Numbered from the stretch's first letter, positions 8,724-19,960 are shown. The stretch is DNA of 64,000 nt from a bacterium (GCA_030615855.1 JAUWYL010000002.1:68423-132422), one strand, 5' to 3'. Numbers and translations are program-made. Notes: a model not told the origin generated them from the sequence alone.

Positions 8724-10793
8724 CTATTCCTCTTTCAACCTGCGAGAGAATAGACCTTTCAGGAACAAGACTCCATAAGTGAGGTTAGTAGCAGTGATGC
8801 CAAAGAATACCAAAAGAACCTTTTTGGGATCTCTATTCTTCAAACTGGTTAAAAGAACCATCAATAAATAAAAGAGAATGGTCCCGAAATAAATTTTATA
8901 GAAAAGAGGTTGGATAAGTCCCAATGACCAACCAAAGAATAGGCCTAAAACAAAGAGAGAAGGGATAAAATAAGAGAACCTACGTGAGGTGTGAGGAAAT
9001 CTTTTGGCAAAATATCCTCTGTGTAAAGCATAGCCCCGGACCTGTTTTAAATGGGGAATAAATAACGGACGGCGGTGGTGGTAAATGAGAACCTTAGGAG
9101 CATACATTATCTTCTTTCCTAAATCTCGGACAATATGGAGGCAGAGTTTAGTATCCTCTCCTGGCCAGAATTTAACCCCAAAACCTCCCAGGCTATCCAT
9201 AATCGATTTTCGAATGAGAAGGTTACAAGTAGGAAAGTCATCGACCTCCCTTTCTCGTTTAGGAATATAGCGATAACTTATACTTCCTGTAGCCAGAAGA
9301 GATGAATAAACCAAACCACTTGCTTGTTCTCTGAGACCATCATTGGGAGGGGTTATCCCAGGCCCTCCGATGGCTGCTACCTTCTCATCCTCAAAGTAGG
9401 GCATGGCATTCCCGAGCCAATCTTTTGTGGGAAAGGCATCATCATCCAGAAAGGCTAAGATTTCTCCTCGAGCATGCTTAATTCCAATATCCCTCTTCTC
9501 CGAAGGTCCAATTGCTCCAGTAGGAATGACCTTCACTTTGGAATAGGATAATTGCTCCGTCTTATCTGGTAATACAATAATTTCATAATTCGGATAATCA
9601 AGTCTCTGGCAATAATTGAGACACTCTTGCAGGTTTTGGTTATTGCTTTGAACAGGGATAACGATTGAAACTAAAGGAGTTTTTGTTACTTTTTGCTTTG
9701 CAATTCTCTCTAATATAGAAAGACTTTTCTGAGCAGAGCGATCCCAGTTAAAATCTTGGGAATATTTTAAGGCATTCTGAGATAATTTTTTGTATAGCGC
9801 CTTATCATTTAATAATCTTAAAATATTCTTTGCCAAGAGGGCTGGTCTATTCTGAGAACAGATTAAACCAGTCTGGTTATCTATAGTAGAGTCTCTCAGG
9901 CCGCTAACATTATAGACCACGGTAGGAATACTCATAGCATGGGCCTCAGTAATTGCTAAGCCCCATCCTTCTTTTACCGAAGTCATAACCAATACCCAGG
10001 CACTCCGCAAGAGTCGCAACTTTTCTCTATGCATCTTATATCCGAAGAACCTCACGTCCTGTAAGTTTAGTTTCTTCACCAACCTTTGTAATTTATTCTG
10101 ATAAGCCTTGTCTCCTTCACCCACCAGCCACAATCTGGCCTCAGGCATCTCCTCTTTTACTCGCCTAAAAGCCTTAATAATATGATGGATCCTCTTTGAC
10201 TTTTTGAGTCTCCCCACATAGGCGACAGTGGGAAGAGAACTTCTTTCTGGAACCTGAGAAAGTGGCGAAAAACCAAGGCCTACAGGAACAATATGAACCT
10301 TTTCCCCTTGAAAGCCGAAATGAACCAGGTCCTTTTTAGTACTCTGAGAAATAGTAACTACTGGAATGTTTTTGTAAATTCTTAAATATAGCGGCTCTAA
10401 TAAATAACCTATTATTGCCAGAAGAAGGGGTGATTCATAGAACCAGATTTTTCTACATAGTTGATGGATAGAAACAATTATTTTTTCTTTTACATAGAAG
10501 GGTGTGAAGAAAGGAATGGTATTTATTTCGTCAATGACCAAATCAAATTTTCCTTGGAAACATTTTTTATAGTAGCGAAAGGCCTGCCAGTAAACAGTAT
10601 ACTTATTGCCTGACCTTACAATATTGACCCCATCTATCGTTTCCTTCTTTAGACAATGAGGAAAGGCACTGGTAAACAGGGTAACCTCATGACCTGCTTT
10701 CACCCACCTCTTAGCATTCTCATGAGTTAATACCTCTGCTCCTCCCGCTAAGGGGTTCTTAATGTCTCGCCAGTTAAAAATCAGGATCTTCAT
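8724..10793 (-). CDS. GT4-GT2 fused glycosyltransferase
   Basis: N-terminal WRDIKNPLAGGAE...KEGWGLAITEA (GT4); C-terminal FLDDDA...GEDTKLC (GT2) plus TM tail. Confidence 0.85.
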   Translation of the reverse strand: MKILIFNWRDIKNPLAGGAEVLTHENAKRWVKAGHEVTLFTSAFPHCLKKETIDGVNIVRSGNKYTVYWQAFRYYKKCFQGKFDLVIDEINTIPFFTPFYVKEKIIVSIHQLCRKIWFYESPLLLAIIGYLLEPLYLRIYKNIPVVTISQSTKKDLVHFGFQGEKVHIVPVGLGFSPLSQVPERSSLPTVAYVGRLKKSKRIHHIIKAFRRVKEEMPEARLWLVGEGDKAYQNKLQRLVKKLNLQDVRFFGYKMHREKLRLLRSAWVLVMTSVKEGWGLAITEAHAMSIPTVVYNVSGLRDSTIDNQTGLICSQNRPALLAKNILRLLNDKALYKKLSQNALKYSQDFNWDRSAQKSLSILERIAKQKVTKTPLVSIVIPVQSNNQNLQECLNYCQRLDYPNYEIIVLPDKTEQLSYSKVKVIPTGAIGPSEKRDIGIKHARGEILAFLDDDAFPTKDWLGNAMPYFEDEKVAAIGGPGITPPNDGLREQASGLVYSSLLATGSISYRYIPKREREVDDFPTCNLLIRKSIMDSLGGFGVKFWPGEDTKLCLHIVRDLGKKIMYAPKVLIYHHRRPLFIPHLKQVRGYALHRGYFAKRFPHTSRRFSYFIPSLFVLGLFFGWSLGLIQPLFYKIYFGTILFYLLMVLLTSLKNRDPKKVLLVFFGITATNLTYGVLFLKGLFSRRLKEE

Positions 10794-10798
10794 TTAGA

Positions 10799-12772
10799 TC
10801 ACCGTCCACCGCTTACTTTCTCCCCTTCTCCGTTTCCCCGATTCACCCTTTCACTCATCCTTCGCCCCTCGTCCTCCCCTACTCTCACCTCAGGTTCAAT
10901 GGGTGGCGCCATTACTTCATAAACCTCTGCCTCTGGGAATGATTTAATCAGCCGCAACCCGGGTTGCTTTTTAATATCAGGTATCTCTCCAATAATGGCA
11001 ACTTCGTTACTTGTGGCGTATTTTTCAGGATGGAAGATGACATACTTTGCTCCCAGATGTTTCAGGATACCTGGAGTCTTAGGGTCTAAAATATCAACTA
11101 TTTCCTTTCTCACTTTATCAGCATGGGTGCCAGGCAAGGCGCCATTGACTAATCTCTTTTGATGGATCCTCTGCCAAAATAGATATTCAACATCATTCTC
11201 CATAGGATATTCAGCAACAATAAAATCGCCCTCTTGTTTGGAGAGCCATTCATAGACTGGAGGAGGATCAACAGCATTAATCATGGGGGCAGGAAAGGTA
11301 GGAGCAAATTCGATACAGATGAGCAAAACAATGAGAGCCACAAGGATTTCTCGCTTTTGGGGAGTCTTTATCTTCTGTAAAATACTGGCTAATCCTATAC
11401 CCGCTAAGACACTTACTGAGAGCATGACCAGAATGCCAAAGCGAGCATAACAGCGAAACATAGGAGCTATTTTATACATAAAGTAAGAAGGAAAGAATAT
11501 TCGAAAAGGACCAATATCTGTCCAGGGGGCATGGGAAAAGATCAGAGCCATAATCCCAGCGAAGAGGAAGAAACTCACTCCTTTCTGGGTTCTGGTTGAC
11601 CAGTTTGCCAGTTGGCCCGTTAGCCTGTTATCTGTATTTTGTTTTTGTGTACCCTTATTCACTTGTTTACTTATCAACTTGTTAACTAATTTATTCTTCC
11701 TCCTCCACTCTCGTATAGCAATAATTGAGAGAATAATTCCTACCCAACCGAGATAGAGGGTTTGCTCTACCGGGTGATAAACCTTGATAAAATTCCGGGT
11801 AAAACCTCCTATAAAGGGATTATCGCCTGAGGGTATGAGATAATGGAAGAGATGAGCAGAATAGGTAAAGAGGCCGCTAAAAGAGCGCTCATATCTCAGA
11901 GAAGCAAGAGCCGTTGGCTTGGGACTGAATACATTTTTCAAGATAGGATAAATAGCAGGCAGAATAATCGCCAGAGCAACCACCGTTGCCACTAACACCA
12001 CTCTCATTGTCTTAAGCGGTGATCGGTGATCAGTAATCAGTGATCGGTCTTTCTTTTCACCGGATAACCGGATAACCGGATAACCGGATAACCTCCTATT
12101 TCTCCACCCATACCACACCCGCCACAGGATAAATACTCCAGTAAAAATGGTCACAAAGTATCCATAATAATAATTGGAAAGAAAAACTAGGGAAAAAGCC
12201 AGAGCAGCGAGAATAGCACTCCCATAGGTTCTTCTTTCATCCAGATTAAAGAGAGCCAAAAAGAAAAGAGGTATCCATTGAATGTTGGCCAGGGTCAGAT
12301 GTTGATAAGAATGGGTAAAGTGAAAGGGGCAAAAGGCATAAATTATTCCCGCAATCAAACTAGCTAACTTGTTTTTGGTGAAATAGTAAACTAAATAGTA
12401 GGCTATAATAGCCGAAAGAAAGAAACTTGGCAGAACAGAAAAATTATAAGCGAAGACTTCACCAAATTTTAAAGATACAGGAAGTAGCAAGCTTTCCCAG
12501 AGAAAATGTCTGGTAGCAGCATAAGCGAAATTGACCCCATAAGGATAGGCGATCAGGTGACAAGTCTCCGGCGAAAGACGATGAAGATGGGCATATTTTA
12601 GCCACCAGAGATGCCAGACCGCTCCCAAAGCATCACCTCCCGAGCCATAAAGATGACTATTCATTTTGAAAATAGTTGGATAAGTGATTATTGAACTCAA
12701 TAAAATAAAAAATAGCAAGATTAAGATTTTATTCTGAATAGGTTTAAATTTAGAAAGAAATGTCTTTACCAT
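10799..12772 (-). CDS. Polytopic membrane protein, GT-C/YfhO-like glycosyltransferase
   Basis: Multiple TM segments, GGD..WHLWW, FRCYARF, PVYEWL, LVNG motifs; located in glycan cluster. Confidence 0.6.
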   Translation of the reverse strand: MVKTFLSKFKPIQNKILILLFFILLSSIITYPTIFKMNSHLYGSGGDALGAVWHLWWLKYAHLHRLSPETCHLIAYPYGVNFAYAATRHFLWESLLLPVSLKFGEVFAYNFSVLPSFFLSAIIAYYLVYYFTKNKLASLIAGIIYAFCPFHFTHSYQHLTLANIQWIPLFFLALFNLDERRTYGSAILAALAFSLVFLSNYYYGYFVTIFTGVFILWRVWYGWRNRRLSGYPVIRLSGEKKDRSLITDHRSPLKTMRVVLVATVVALAIILPAIYPILKNVFSPKPTALASLRYERSFSGLFTYSAHLFHYLIPSGDNPFIGGFTRNFIKVYHPVEQTLYLGWVGIILSIIAIREWRRKNKLVNKLISKQVNKGTQKQNTDNRLTGQLANWSTRTQKGVSFFLFAGIMALIFSHAPWTDIGPFRIFFPSYFMYKIAPMFRCYARFGILVMLSVSVLAGIGLASILQKIKTPQKREILVALIVLLICIEFAPTFPAPMINAVDPPPVYEWLSKQEGDFIVAEYPMENDVEYLFWQRIHQKRLVNGALPGTHADKVRKEIVDILDPKTPGILKHLGAKYVIFHPEKYATSNEVAIIGEIPDIKKQPGLRLIKSFPEAEVYEVMAPPIEPEVRVGEDEGRRMSERVNRGNGEGEKVSGGR

Positions 12773-12809
12773 GCGATTTTCCTTTTTGGAAAGAAGGGTT
12801 TGTCTTACC

Positions 12810-13973
12810 TTAAATAGGGGGGAGTGCCTTTTGGATTATTTGTATAAGATTAGCAGCATGCTTTTTCCAAGAATATTTCTGTGCCTTTCTCCAGGCGGAA
12901 TAGCCCATCCTTCTTGCCATCCTCTCATCTGCCACCAGTTTATCTATATATTCAGTATATGCTCTCAAATCTCCCTCTTGAGGAAAAAAACCATCTTCCC
13001 CATGAACAAACAAATCAGTAACACCAGACCCTCTGGGAATAATGGATGGGCAACCATGAGCAGCCGCCTCAAGCCCGGCCATACCAAAAGCTTCAAAAAT
13101 AGGATGGACTAGAACTCGGGCTTTCAAATATAGCTTATTTAGTTTCTCTTCACTAAGGGCTCCAGTTATCTCAACTCTTCCTTCTAATTTCCGCTCCTTT
13201 ATGCCAGTGCTAAAGGAGTGAAGTAGAGGTTGATCCCAGGAGCCAGCCATTATTAACTTTACCCTTTTGGCTCTAAGATTCTCCACTATATTTAACAAGA
13301 ATTCTGGTCGTTTTCCAGCATTCCATTTCGTGGATGATAAAATATAATCACCCCGTGTTTTGGGAATCTCAGTTAGAGAATAACAGCCAGGATGTAAAAC
13401 TTTAATCTTCTTGTTACCTAAAGTAGCTAATCTCTTCTGATGAACAGTAGAACATGTTATAGTGGCTAATGCATTCTTAACGATTAAAGCATCAAGGCCT
13501 CGGGCAAGGGGGAGTAAAAAAGGGGAAAGGAAACGAAGGAAAGAGGATGCATAAGCTCGGGGAAGAACATAAGAAATAGGGTCATAGATATAGGCAATAT
13601 AAGGAATATTTCTTTTTTTCCACAATCGGTAACTGGTAAAACAGGTATAAGTAGCATGAGTAATAACTACATCAAAATCTTCTCGCAGAATAATCTTTGG
13701 TACCAGATAGGGGCTAATAATGTGGAAAGTAGAGAAAAAACGAAAAAAGGGAAATTTTAAAGGATGGCGAAAAATGAAGGGGAATCTTTCGGATAAAAAT
13801 TTGATGGGTATCTTTCTTAATAGGTCATCATATTGGTAACCCTGGACTTTCTTTTTCATTAGCACCATTAATTCTACTTGCTGTCCCATTTCTCTTAAGT
13901 GTTTCACTTCTTCAAAGGCATATCTTGCCACACCCCCTACTAAGATCTGATCTAAAAGGATTCCAATTTTCAT
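12810..13973 (-). CDS. Glycosyltransferase family 4
   Basis: EAFGMAGLEAAAHGCP signature. Confidence 0.85.
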   Translation of the reverse strand: MKIGILLDQILVGGVARYAFEEVKHLREMGQQVELMVLMKKKVQGYQYDDLLRKIPIKFLSERFPFIFRHPLKFPFFRFFSTFHIISPYLVPKIILREDFDVVITHATYTCFTSYRLWKKRNIPYIAYIYDPISYVLPRAYASSFLRFLSPFLLPLARGLDALIVKNALATITCSTVHQKRLATLGNKKIKVLHPGCYSLTEIPKTRGDYILSSTKWNAGKRPEFLLNIVENLRAKRVKLIMAGSWDQPLLHSFSTGIKERKLEGRVEITGALSEEKLNKLYLKARVLVHPIFEAFGMAGLEAAAHGCPSIIPRGSGVTDLFVHGEDGFFPQEGDLRAYTEYIDKLVADERMARRMGYSAWRKAQKYSWKKHAANLIQIIQKALPPI

Positions 13974-15472
13974 TAGTGGTGAACTTCCTTTCCTAAAAAC
14001 TTTCTATCCAGATTCTTGGTTTTAGTAGAGATTATAAAATGATGAGAAGGCCACTTAACAATTCCATAGGGAATCTTGCTCCAAATCCAGCGTAAATCAA
14101 CATAATTCCACACTCCTTCTACTATTACTCTTGAATTGTTCTTTCTGAGCAGCCTTTTAACTTCTTTTAAAGAAAGAGGTTTCTCAACTGGCTGAGCTTT
14201 TAACCCAAGGATTCTCATCAGGAGAGGCCTTATAGCCTCTATTCCGTAAGGAAGTTTAGCATGAACAATATTGATTTGAATTCTTGAAACTCTTACCATT
14301 TCTCTAACGGCTTCTTCTTGATTGATGATATGTTCTAAAACTCCCGAGCTTAAGGAAACATCAAACTGATCATCACCAAAAGGGAGCTTTTCTGCAGATG
14401 CCTGAACCAACCTTTTAACCCCTCTTTTGTTCGCTCCAAGCAAAGCCTCAAAAGAGAAATCTACTCCCACAGTATTAGGAGAATACTTTTCGATAAAACC
14501 ATATCCACAACCGATATCTAAAGTCTTTTTTCCTTTTAATAAAGTTCCTAAAACTTCGTAATATTCCTCTTCTTCTCTAAAGCCTTTCCTTTTATGGATT
14601 TTATCATACTCTTTTTGAAACTTTCTAAATTTATCTCGGTTTCCTGATCGCCAACATTTATTTTTCAGATATCCCAGTCCACCTGCACTAAATTCACAGG
14701 TCTTCATAAAGATGAATCCCAAGGTATGGATGGGATCCCTCATCAGTCTTTTCCAGTGACGGAAGAAGGCAGGTCTAAAGATTGTAGCCTGTTTAGCGAA
14801 TAAATCTGGATGTTTTCTCCTGTAGAAATCGATGGTCTGGGCGTAATAAAATTTCTTCTTTATACTATCCCATAGAGTCAAATGACCTTCGTGGTGGATA
14901 ATGTGAGATGGAATGCGAGTTATTTTGTATCCTGCTTCTTTTATTCTCTGAGGAAGATCGTATTCTTCTCCGCCCCCAGCAATCCGTTCATCGTATCCTT
15001 TCATTTCCTTAAAAATTTCCTTTTCAAAGAAACGAGCTGCTTCCATAATTTCATCACCAATGTAGCAGGACCGCTCCAGGGCCTTACACCTTGCCCAGAA
15101 GCCTTCCCCTACTGATATTTCGGGAATGACTAGCCCTTTAATCTCCTTCCTTTTCTGGATTTCCTTTATGCACTCCTCGACTACCTGGGAAGTGAGTTCC
15201 ATATCGGAATCAATGAAAAGTAAATATCTTCCTCCTGCCTTCTCTGCCCCAAAGTTCCGTTGCACACTTCTCTCCGGTCCTTTACGGTATACCTTAGCAT
15301 ATTGATCCGCAATCTCCCTTGTTCCATCCTGGCTATAGTTATCTACCACAATGATCTCAATCTGAGAATAAGTTTGATCCCTAATTGATTTAAGGCAAAT
15401 ATTAATAGTTTCTGCAGAATTTTTGGTAGGAATAATTATTGAAACTAAAGGTTCTTTGTTCAGTTTATTCAT
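13973..15472 (-). CDS. GT2 glycosyltransferase fused to a C-terminal class I SAM methyltransferase
   Basis: VVDNYSQD, FIDSD; C-terminal LDIGCGYG, LPFGDDQFD, VLEHI. Confidence 0.8.
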   Translation of the reverse strand: MNKLNKEPLVSIIIPTKNSAETINICLKSIRDQTYSQIEIIVVDNYSQDGTREIADQYAKVYRKGPERSVQRNFGAEKAGGRYLLFIDSDMELTSQVVEECIKEIQKRKEIKGLVIPEISVGEGFWARCKALERSCYIGDEIMEAARFFEKEIFKEMKGYDERIAGGGEEYDLPQRIKEAGYKITRIPSHIIHHEGHLTLWDSIKKKFYYAQTIDFYRRKHPDLFAKQATIFRPAFFRHWKRLMRDPIHTLGFIFMKTCEFSAGGLGYLKNKCWRSGNRDKFRKFQKEYDKIHKRKGFREEEEYYEVLGTLLKGKKTLDIGCGYGFIEKYSPNTVGVDFSFEALLGANKRGVKRLVQASAEKLPFGDDQFDVSLSSGVLEHIINQEEAVREMVRVSRIQINIVHAKLPYGIEAIRPLLMRILGLKAQPVEKPLSLKEVKRLLRKNNSRVIVEGVWNYVDLRWIWSKIPYGIVKWPSHHFIISTKTKNLDRKFLGKEVHH

Positions 15473-16205
15473 AGTTATAATATTTCAAAATATACAGGCG
15501 ATAGAAGATGGCCATAGTATCCCACCAGGTATGGTAGATGGCTTTTAAGCCGATGCGTCCCATAAAACGCTGGTAATTTAAGGTTATGGGGGCCTCAGCG
15601 ATTTTGTAGCCTAGATGGTGGGCATTGACTAAAAGTTCTAAGTCAAAGGCATATCTTTTGATTAGAACCTTAGGAAATATCTTTTGAAGCACCTCGTATT
15701 TGAAGAGTTTAATGCCCGTCTGGGTATCTTTTAAAGGTAGACCAAACATAATTTTAATTAAGAAAAAATAGACATTGGAAATAATCTTCCTATGCCAGGG
15801 ATACCTTAATTTAGACTCTGGGTGTCTCTTGGAACCGATAACCACATCTACTTCCTCTTTATTCATGATCCTGAAGAGGTTCTGAATCTGTTCTGGATGG
15901 AGATCTAAGTCAGCATCGAGGAAAGCAACCAGGTCTCCTTTGGCAAAACGGAAGCCATACTTCAGCGCTCTTCCCTTACCTCGATTTTTGCGCATCCTCT
16001 TTACTGTAATATTAGTAAATCCTTTTGCTGCCTTCCGGGCATTCTTATAGGTCTCGTCCTTACTGCCGTCATCAACAATAATGAGTTCATACCGGCAGCC
16101 GATCTCGTTAAAGACCCTCTGTAGCTCCCTGATATTACCGTAAATATGTGGTCCTTCATTGTGGGCGGGAACCAGGATGGATAACTTACCTTTAAACTCT
16201 TTCAA
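15465..16205 (-). CDS. GT2 polyprenol-phosphate glycosyltransferase (DPM1-like)
   Basis: VDDGSKD, NRGKG, FLDADL, DTQTGIK, FDLELL. Confidence 0.85.
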   Translation of the reverse strand: MKEFKGKLSILVPAHNEGPHIYGNIRELQRVFNEIGCRYELIIVDDGSKDETYKNARKAAKGFTNITVKRMRKNRGKGRALKYGFRFAKGDLVAFLDADLDLHPEQIQNLFRIMNKEEVDVVIGSKRHPESKLRYPWHRKIISNVYFFLIKIMFGLPLKDTQTGIKLFKYEVLQKIFPKVLIKRYAFDLELLVNAHHLGYKIAEAPITLNYQRFMGRIGLKAIYHTWWDTMAIFYRLYILKYYNYE

Positions 16206-17454
16206 TTTTTATTCTTTCCAATCTTCTTCGCGGCATCCAGACCAGAAATTGATTAATCAAAAGGAGTAGCGCTCCATTTACCACCAAGATCCATACTACC
16301 TGGGAGAGGGTATTGTGGAATAGAGTAATGGCGATTATCTGTAAGAGGGTAAAAATGCCTGCTAAATATAAAAATCTAAACCTATGGATGGAGAGTTGGT
16401 AGAAGAAAAGGATATTGACCAGACCAAATAGGGCCATGGCTAAGGCGAACTTTCCAATTAATGGGGTACTTGCTTGATGTTTACCGGCCCAGATAAGCTT
16501 AATTATGAGAGAAGGAAAAAAAAGACAAACAAGGGTCGCTCCACCTGCTAAGAGACCAACGTAGAATAGACTTTTTTTCAAGATAAGGGAAGAGTCCCTT
16601 CTCTGGGCATATAGTTCTGCGGCTTTAGGAAACATGACAATCACAATGGGTAGGGGAAGAAATAATATCATCCTTCCCACAAAGGCAGCAGCAGAATAAA
16701 TTTCTGCTTTAACCGGGCTAAAGAAGTTCCCCACTAATAGAGCATCGATGTTGGTCAGAATTATGAAGAAGAGGACGCTAAATATGACAGGAGCAGAATA
16801 TCTGTAGATTTCTTTAAAGTTTACCCTCCCCTCTGTTTCCTTTGATTTAAACAGAAACTTCAGGGGAAAGAAGAGAACGCATATACTGACAAGTATAGCG
16901 AGAATAGAAGCAGCTAAAGCCCCACTTACTCCCAGACCGAGGAAGACAAAGATAATCCCAAATATTAAACGGGAAGCGGTACCTAATATGGTGCTCCATC
17001 CTAAGTAATTAAATTTTTGCAGGCCCTGGATTATTCCTCCTGCTGCTGGGGCGATAACGCTCAACAATAAAAGTATTCCCAGGATCATAACTGGCCTGTT
17101 AGAGGGAAAATGCTGCCAGGAAGCAATCCTTCCACTTGCCGCCAGAAATATAAGGGAGCCCAGGAAACCGTAGAAGAAGAGCCTCTTAAGAAAATTAAAC
17201 AATAAAAAACGTATCTTTCCATATTGGTTAAAGGCTTTAAAGTGAGCCGTATACTTGGTAATCACTGTCTGAATAGTAGTTGCTGGAACAGAAACGATCA
17301 TTAAAAGAGCAAGCAATCTATAGAGAATTCCATATTCCGTTTCTGGCAGATGACGGCCCATGTAGATGTGAAATATAAAGTTACCTATATTGGCTAATGT
17401 GGCAGCAATGAATATGAAAGAAACCTGCCTCTCAAAACTTCCAATAAGTCTCAT
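16192..17454 (-). CDS. Oligosaccharide flippase (Wzx/MOP family)
   Basis: About 12 hydrophobic segments, glycan-cluster context. Confidence 0.75.
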   Translation of the reverse strand: MRLIGSFERQVSFIFIAATLANIGNFIFHIYMGRHLPETEYGILYRLLALLMIVSVPATTIQTVITKYTAHFKAFNQYGKIRFLLFNFLKRLFFYGFLGSLIFLAASGRIASWQHFPSNRPVMILGILLLLSVIAPAAGGIIQGLQKFNYLGWSTILGTASRLIFGIIFVFLGLGVSGALAASILAILVSICVLFFPLKFLFKSKETEGRVNFKEIYRYSAPVIFSVLFFIILTNIDALLVGNFFSPVKAEIYSAAAFVGRMILFLPLPIVIVMFPKAAELYAQRRDSSLILKKSLFYVGLLAGGATLVCLFFPSLIIKLIWAGKHQASTPLIGKFALAMALFGLVNILFFYQLSIHRFRFLYLAGIFTLLQIIAITLFHNTLSQVVWILVVNGALLLLINQFLVWMPRRRLERIKIERV

Positions 17455-17569
17455 TGCTTTTGCTTCCTTTATAAAGGGACTAGGAGGGATTAGAAAGGAG
17501 GAACAGGGATTAGTAGGGATATTCGCGATAATTCGCGTTCTTTTATTTCTTGTTCCGTGCTATTCGCGT

Positions 17570-17731
17570 TTATTCGCGTCTATCGGCTTCCGATTCCAGC
17601 ATCACCGGTATCCCATCTCGAATAGGATACCTTCTTCCACATTTGGTGCAAACAATCTTATCCTTTTCTAATTTAACATCTGCTTTGCACACTGGACAAG
17701 CCAGGATCTCTAACAATTCTTTATCAATCAT
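17570..17731 (-). CDS. Trm112/YcaR family small zinc-finger protein (53 aa)
   Basis: Manual translation MIDKELLEILACPVCKADVKLEKDKIVCTKCGRRYPIRDGIPVMLESEADRRE; GAGGAG RBS; below ORF-track cutoff. Confidence 0.9.
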   Translation of the reverse strand: MIDKELLEILACPVCKADVKLEKDKIVCTKCGRRYPIRDGIPVMLESEADRRE

Positions 17732-17796
17732 GCTCCTCACCTCCATACTTATTAGTTGACAAGTTGATTAGTTAATAAGTTAACAAGAAAACGTTC

Positions 17797-17915
17797 GGTT
17801 ACGGTTAAGGTTATGATGCCCGTTTCGTTTAGGGGTTACGAAGTTCGTCAAAAATCGTAACCGATAGATGATTGACGATACGGGCTTCGTTACCGTCACC
17901 CCTTGACGTAACCTA
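17797..17915. repeat. About 120-bp palindromic repeat element, copy 1 (related copy at 38492-38585)
   Basis: GGTTACGGTTAAGGTTA flank; GCCCGTTTCGT...ACGATACGGGC inverted core. Confidence 0.8.
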
Positions 17916-17930
17916 TAACTTGTATCCTTG

Positions 17931-18881
17931 TCAACTTGTATTCTGCTGTTCTTCCTTGCTCTTCCTGAACCACTCGATAGTTCTACTCAGTCCTTCTTCC
18001 AGACTTATTTTTGGTTTCCACTTTAAGAGTTCTTTTGCTTTTGAGATGTCTGGTCTTCTCACCTTGGGATCGTCCTGAGGCAAAGGTTTATAGACTATCC
18101 TGCTCTTGCTCCCCGTTAATTCAATTATCTTCTTGGCAAAATCTAAGATAGTCATCTCCTGGGGATTGCCTAAATTAATGGGCTTATGAATATTAGATAG
18201 CATTAACCTATATATTCCTTCAATCATATCTGAGACATAGCAGAAACTCCTTGTCTGAGAACCATCCCCAAAGACAGTCAAGGGCTCATTGGCCAGGGCT
18301 TGACTGATAAATGTGGGAACTACCCGGCCGTCTTTCTTTCTCATCCGCTCACCAAAGGTATTAAATATCCGCGCGATCCTAGTATCCATTCCATGATACC
18401 TATGATAGGCCATGGTCATTGCCTCAGCAAACCTTTTCGCCTCATCATACATCCCCCTTGGTCCTATGGCATTAACATTCCCCCAGTAATCCTCCCTTTG
18501 GGGATTTACTAAAGGGTCGCCATATACTTCAGAAGTAGATGCCAGAAGAAATTTGGCTGTCTTTGCTTTGGCCAAACCCAAAGTCTTATGGGCTCCTAAG
18601 GCACCAACCTTGAGAGTCTGGATAGGGTACCTTTGATAATCTATAGGACTGGCTGGTGAAGCAAAATGTACGACATAGTCTAGTGGTTCATCTATTTTGA
18701 TATACTCCGTTACATCCTGTCTGACAAACTTAAAATCTTTGTTCTTCATTAAATGAGCAATATTATCTAAGGTGCCAGTAATGAGGTTATCCATACATAT
18801 TACACTGTGCCCTTCTTTTATTAATCGATCGCAGAGATGGGAGCCTAAGAAACCAGCTCCCCCGGTAATCAGAATCCTCAT
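17931..18881 (-). CDS. uxs: UDP-glucuronate decarboxylase (UDP-xylose synthase)
   Basis: [34 protein letters not shown]; start moved to MRILITGG at 18881. Confidence 0.9.
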   Translation of the reverse strand: MRILITGGAGFLGSHLCDRLIKEGHSVICMDNLITGTLDNIAHLMKNKDFKFVRQDVTEYIKIDEPLDYVVHFASPASPIDYQRYPIQTLKVGALGAHKTLGLAKAKTAKFLLASTSEVYGDPLVNPQREDYWGNVNAIGPRGMYDEAKRFAEAMTMAYHRYHGMDTRIARIFNTFGERMRKKDGRVVPTFISQALANEPLTVFGDGSQTRSFCYVSDMIEGIYRLMLSNIHKPINLGNPQEMTILDFAKKIIELTGSKSRIVYKPLPQDDPKVRRPDISKAKELLKWKPKISLEEGLSRTIEWFRKSKEEQQNTS

Positions 18882-19012
18882 ATAATGCCTCGCTCTCTCA
18901 AGTTGACAAGTTGATAAGTTGATAAGTTGATAAGTAAAAAGTAAGAAGTATGAAGTATGAAGTAAATTTGCATTTTGCATTGCTAATTTTTCAATTTTCA
19001 TTGATTTTCCTA

Positions 19013-19954
19013 TTATCTTTCCCACTTTCTCACCGGCTCACTTTCAGATGTTTTTAGATACTCCTTCAATGCTTCCTGCCAAGGTCTTAATGGTTCACCT
19101 ACTGTTTTAATATAGCGATTATTATCCAGAACAGAAAACTTTGGCCTTTTTGCTGGACGATTCAATTCTCCAGAAGAAATGGGTTTCAGCGATGGGGGAT
19201 GTGCGATGTGCAATGTGTGAATGATTTCCTGGGCAAAATCACACCAGGAACAGGAACCACTATTGGAAATGTGGTAGATGCCAAATGTATCTGTATGATG
19301 TGTGATGTGTGATGTGTGATGAAGTAATTTACCTATTGCGTGAGCGAGATCTTTGGTATAGGTGGGGGAGCTAATCTGGTCATTGACTACTTTTAATTCC
19401 TTTTTCTCTTTGGCTAATTTTAATATGGTGTTAACAAAATTTTTACCGTGCTTTCCAAAAAGCCCAGAGGTTCGAATGATGAAGTATCTATCTAAAAGCA
19501 AAGAAATATGTTTCTCTCCCTCTAATTTGCTTTTTCCATAGACGCTCAAAGGGTTAGGTTCATCGCTCTCAAGATAGGGCTCTTTCTTTTCTCCATCAAA
19601 GACGAAGTCCGTGCTGATATAAGCCATAACTGCCTTACACTCTTTGCAAGCGAGGGCTACATTCTGAGTACCAGTGCCATTTATTCTATAGACCAAATCC
19701 TCATTTTCCTCACAGCCATCGACATCCGTATAGGCGGCAGCATGAATCACAATCTCCGGCTTCGCTTCACAAATGTTTTTAATTATTTCTTCTTTACTTG
19801 TAATATCTGACTTGATATACTCCATTGATCCCAGATCCCAGATCCTAGATCCTGGATCTTTTACATCTATTCCGAACAGCTCATGCTCTTTTGATAGGGC
19901 CTCTACCAGATCCCTGCCCAGCATCCCACAAGCACCGGTAATTAAAATACGCAT
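19013..19954 (-). CDS. rmlD: dTDP-4-dehydrorhamnose reductase
   Basis: [37 protein letters not shown]. Confidence 0.92.
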   Translation of the reverse strand: MRILITGACGMLGRDLVEALSKEHELFGIDVKDPGSRIWDLGSMEYIKSDITSKEEIIKNICEAKPEIVIHAAAYTDVDGCEENEDLVYRINGTGTQNVALACKECKAVMAYISTDFVFDGEKKEPYLESDEPNPLSVYGKSKLEGEKHISLLLDRYFIIRTSGLFGKHGKNFVNTILKLAKEKKELKVVNDQISSPTYTKDLAHAIGKLLHHTSHITHHTDTFGIYHISNSGSCSWCDFAQEIIHTLHIAHPPSLKPISSGELNRPAKRPKFSVLDNNRYIKTVGEPLRPWQEALKEYLKTSESEPVRKWER

Positions 19955-19960
19955 CCTATC

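Noticed and set aside
17750..18990. Possible CRISPR arrays among the tandem repeats
   Set aside because: Units are 6-8 nt with no unique spacers, and no cas genes are present in the window.
18882..19025. N-terminal extension of the uxs ORF (similarly trpB 32048-32116, uvrA 55239-55289, kinase 57473-57571)
   Set aside because: Read-through of repeats or neighbouring features; conserved domains start downstream.
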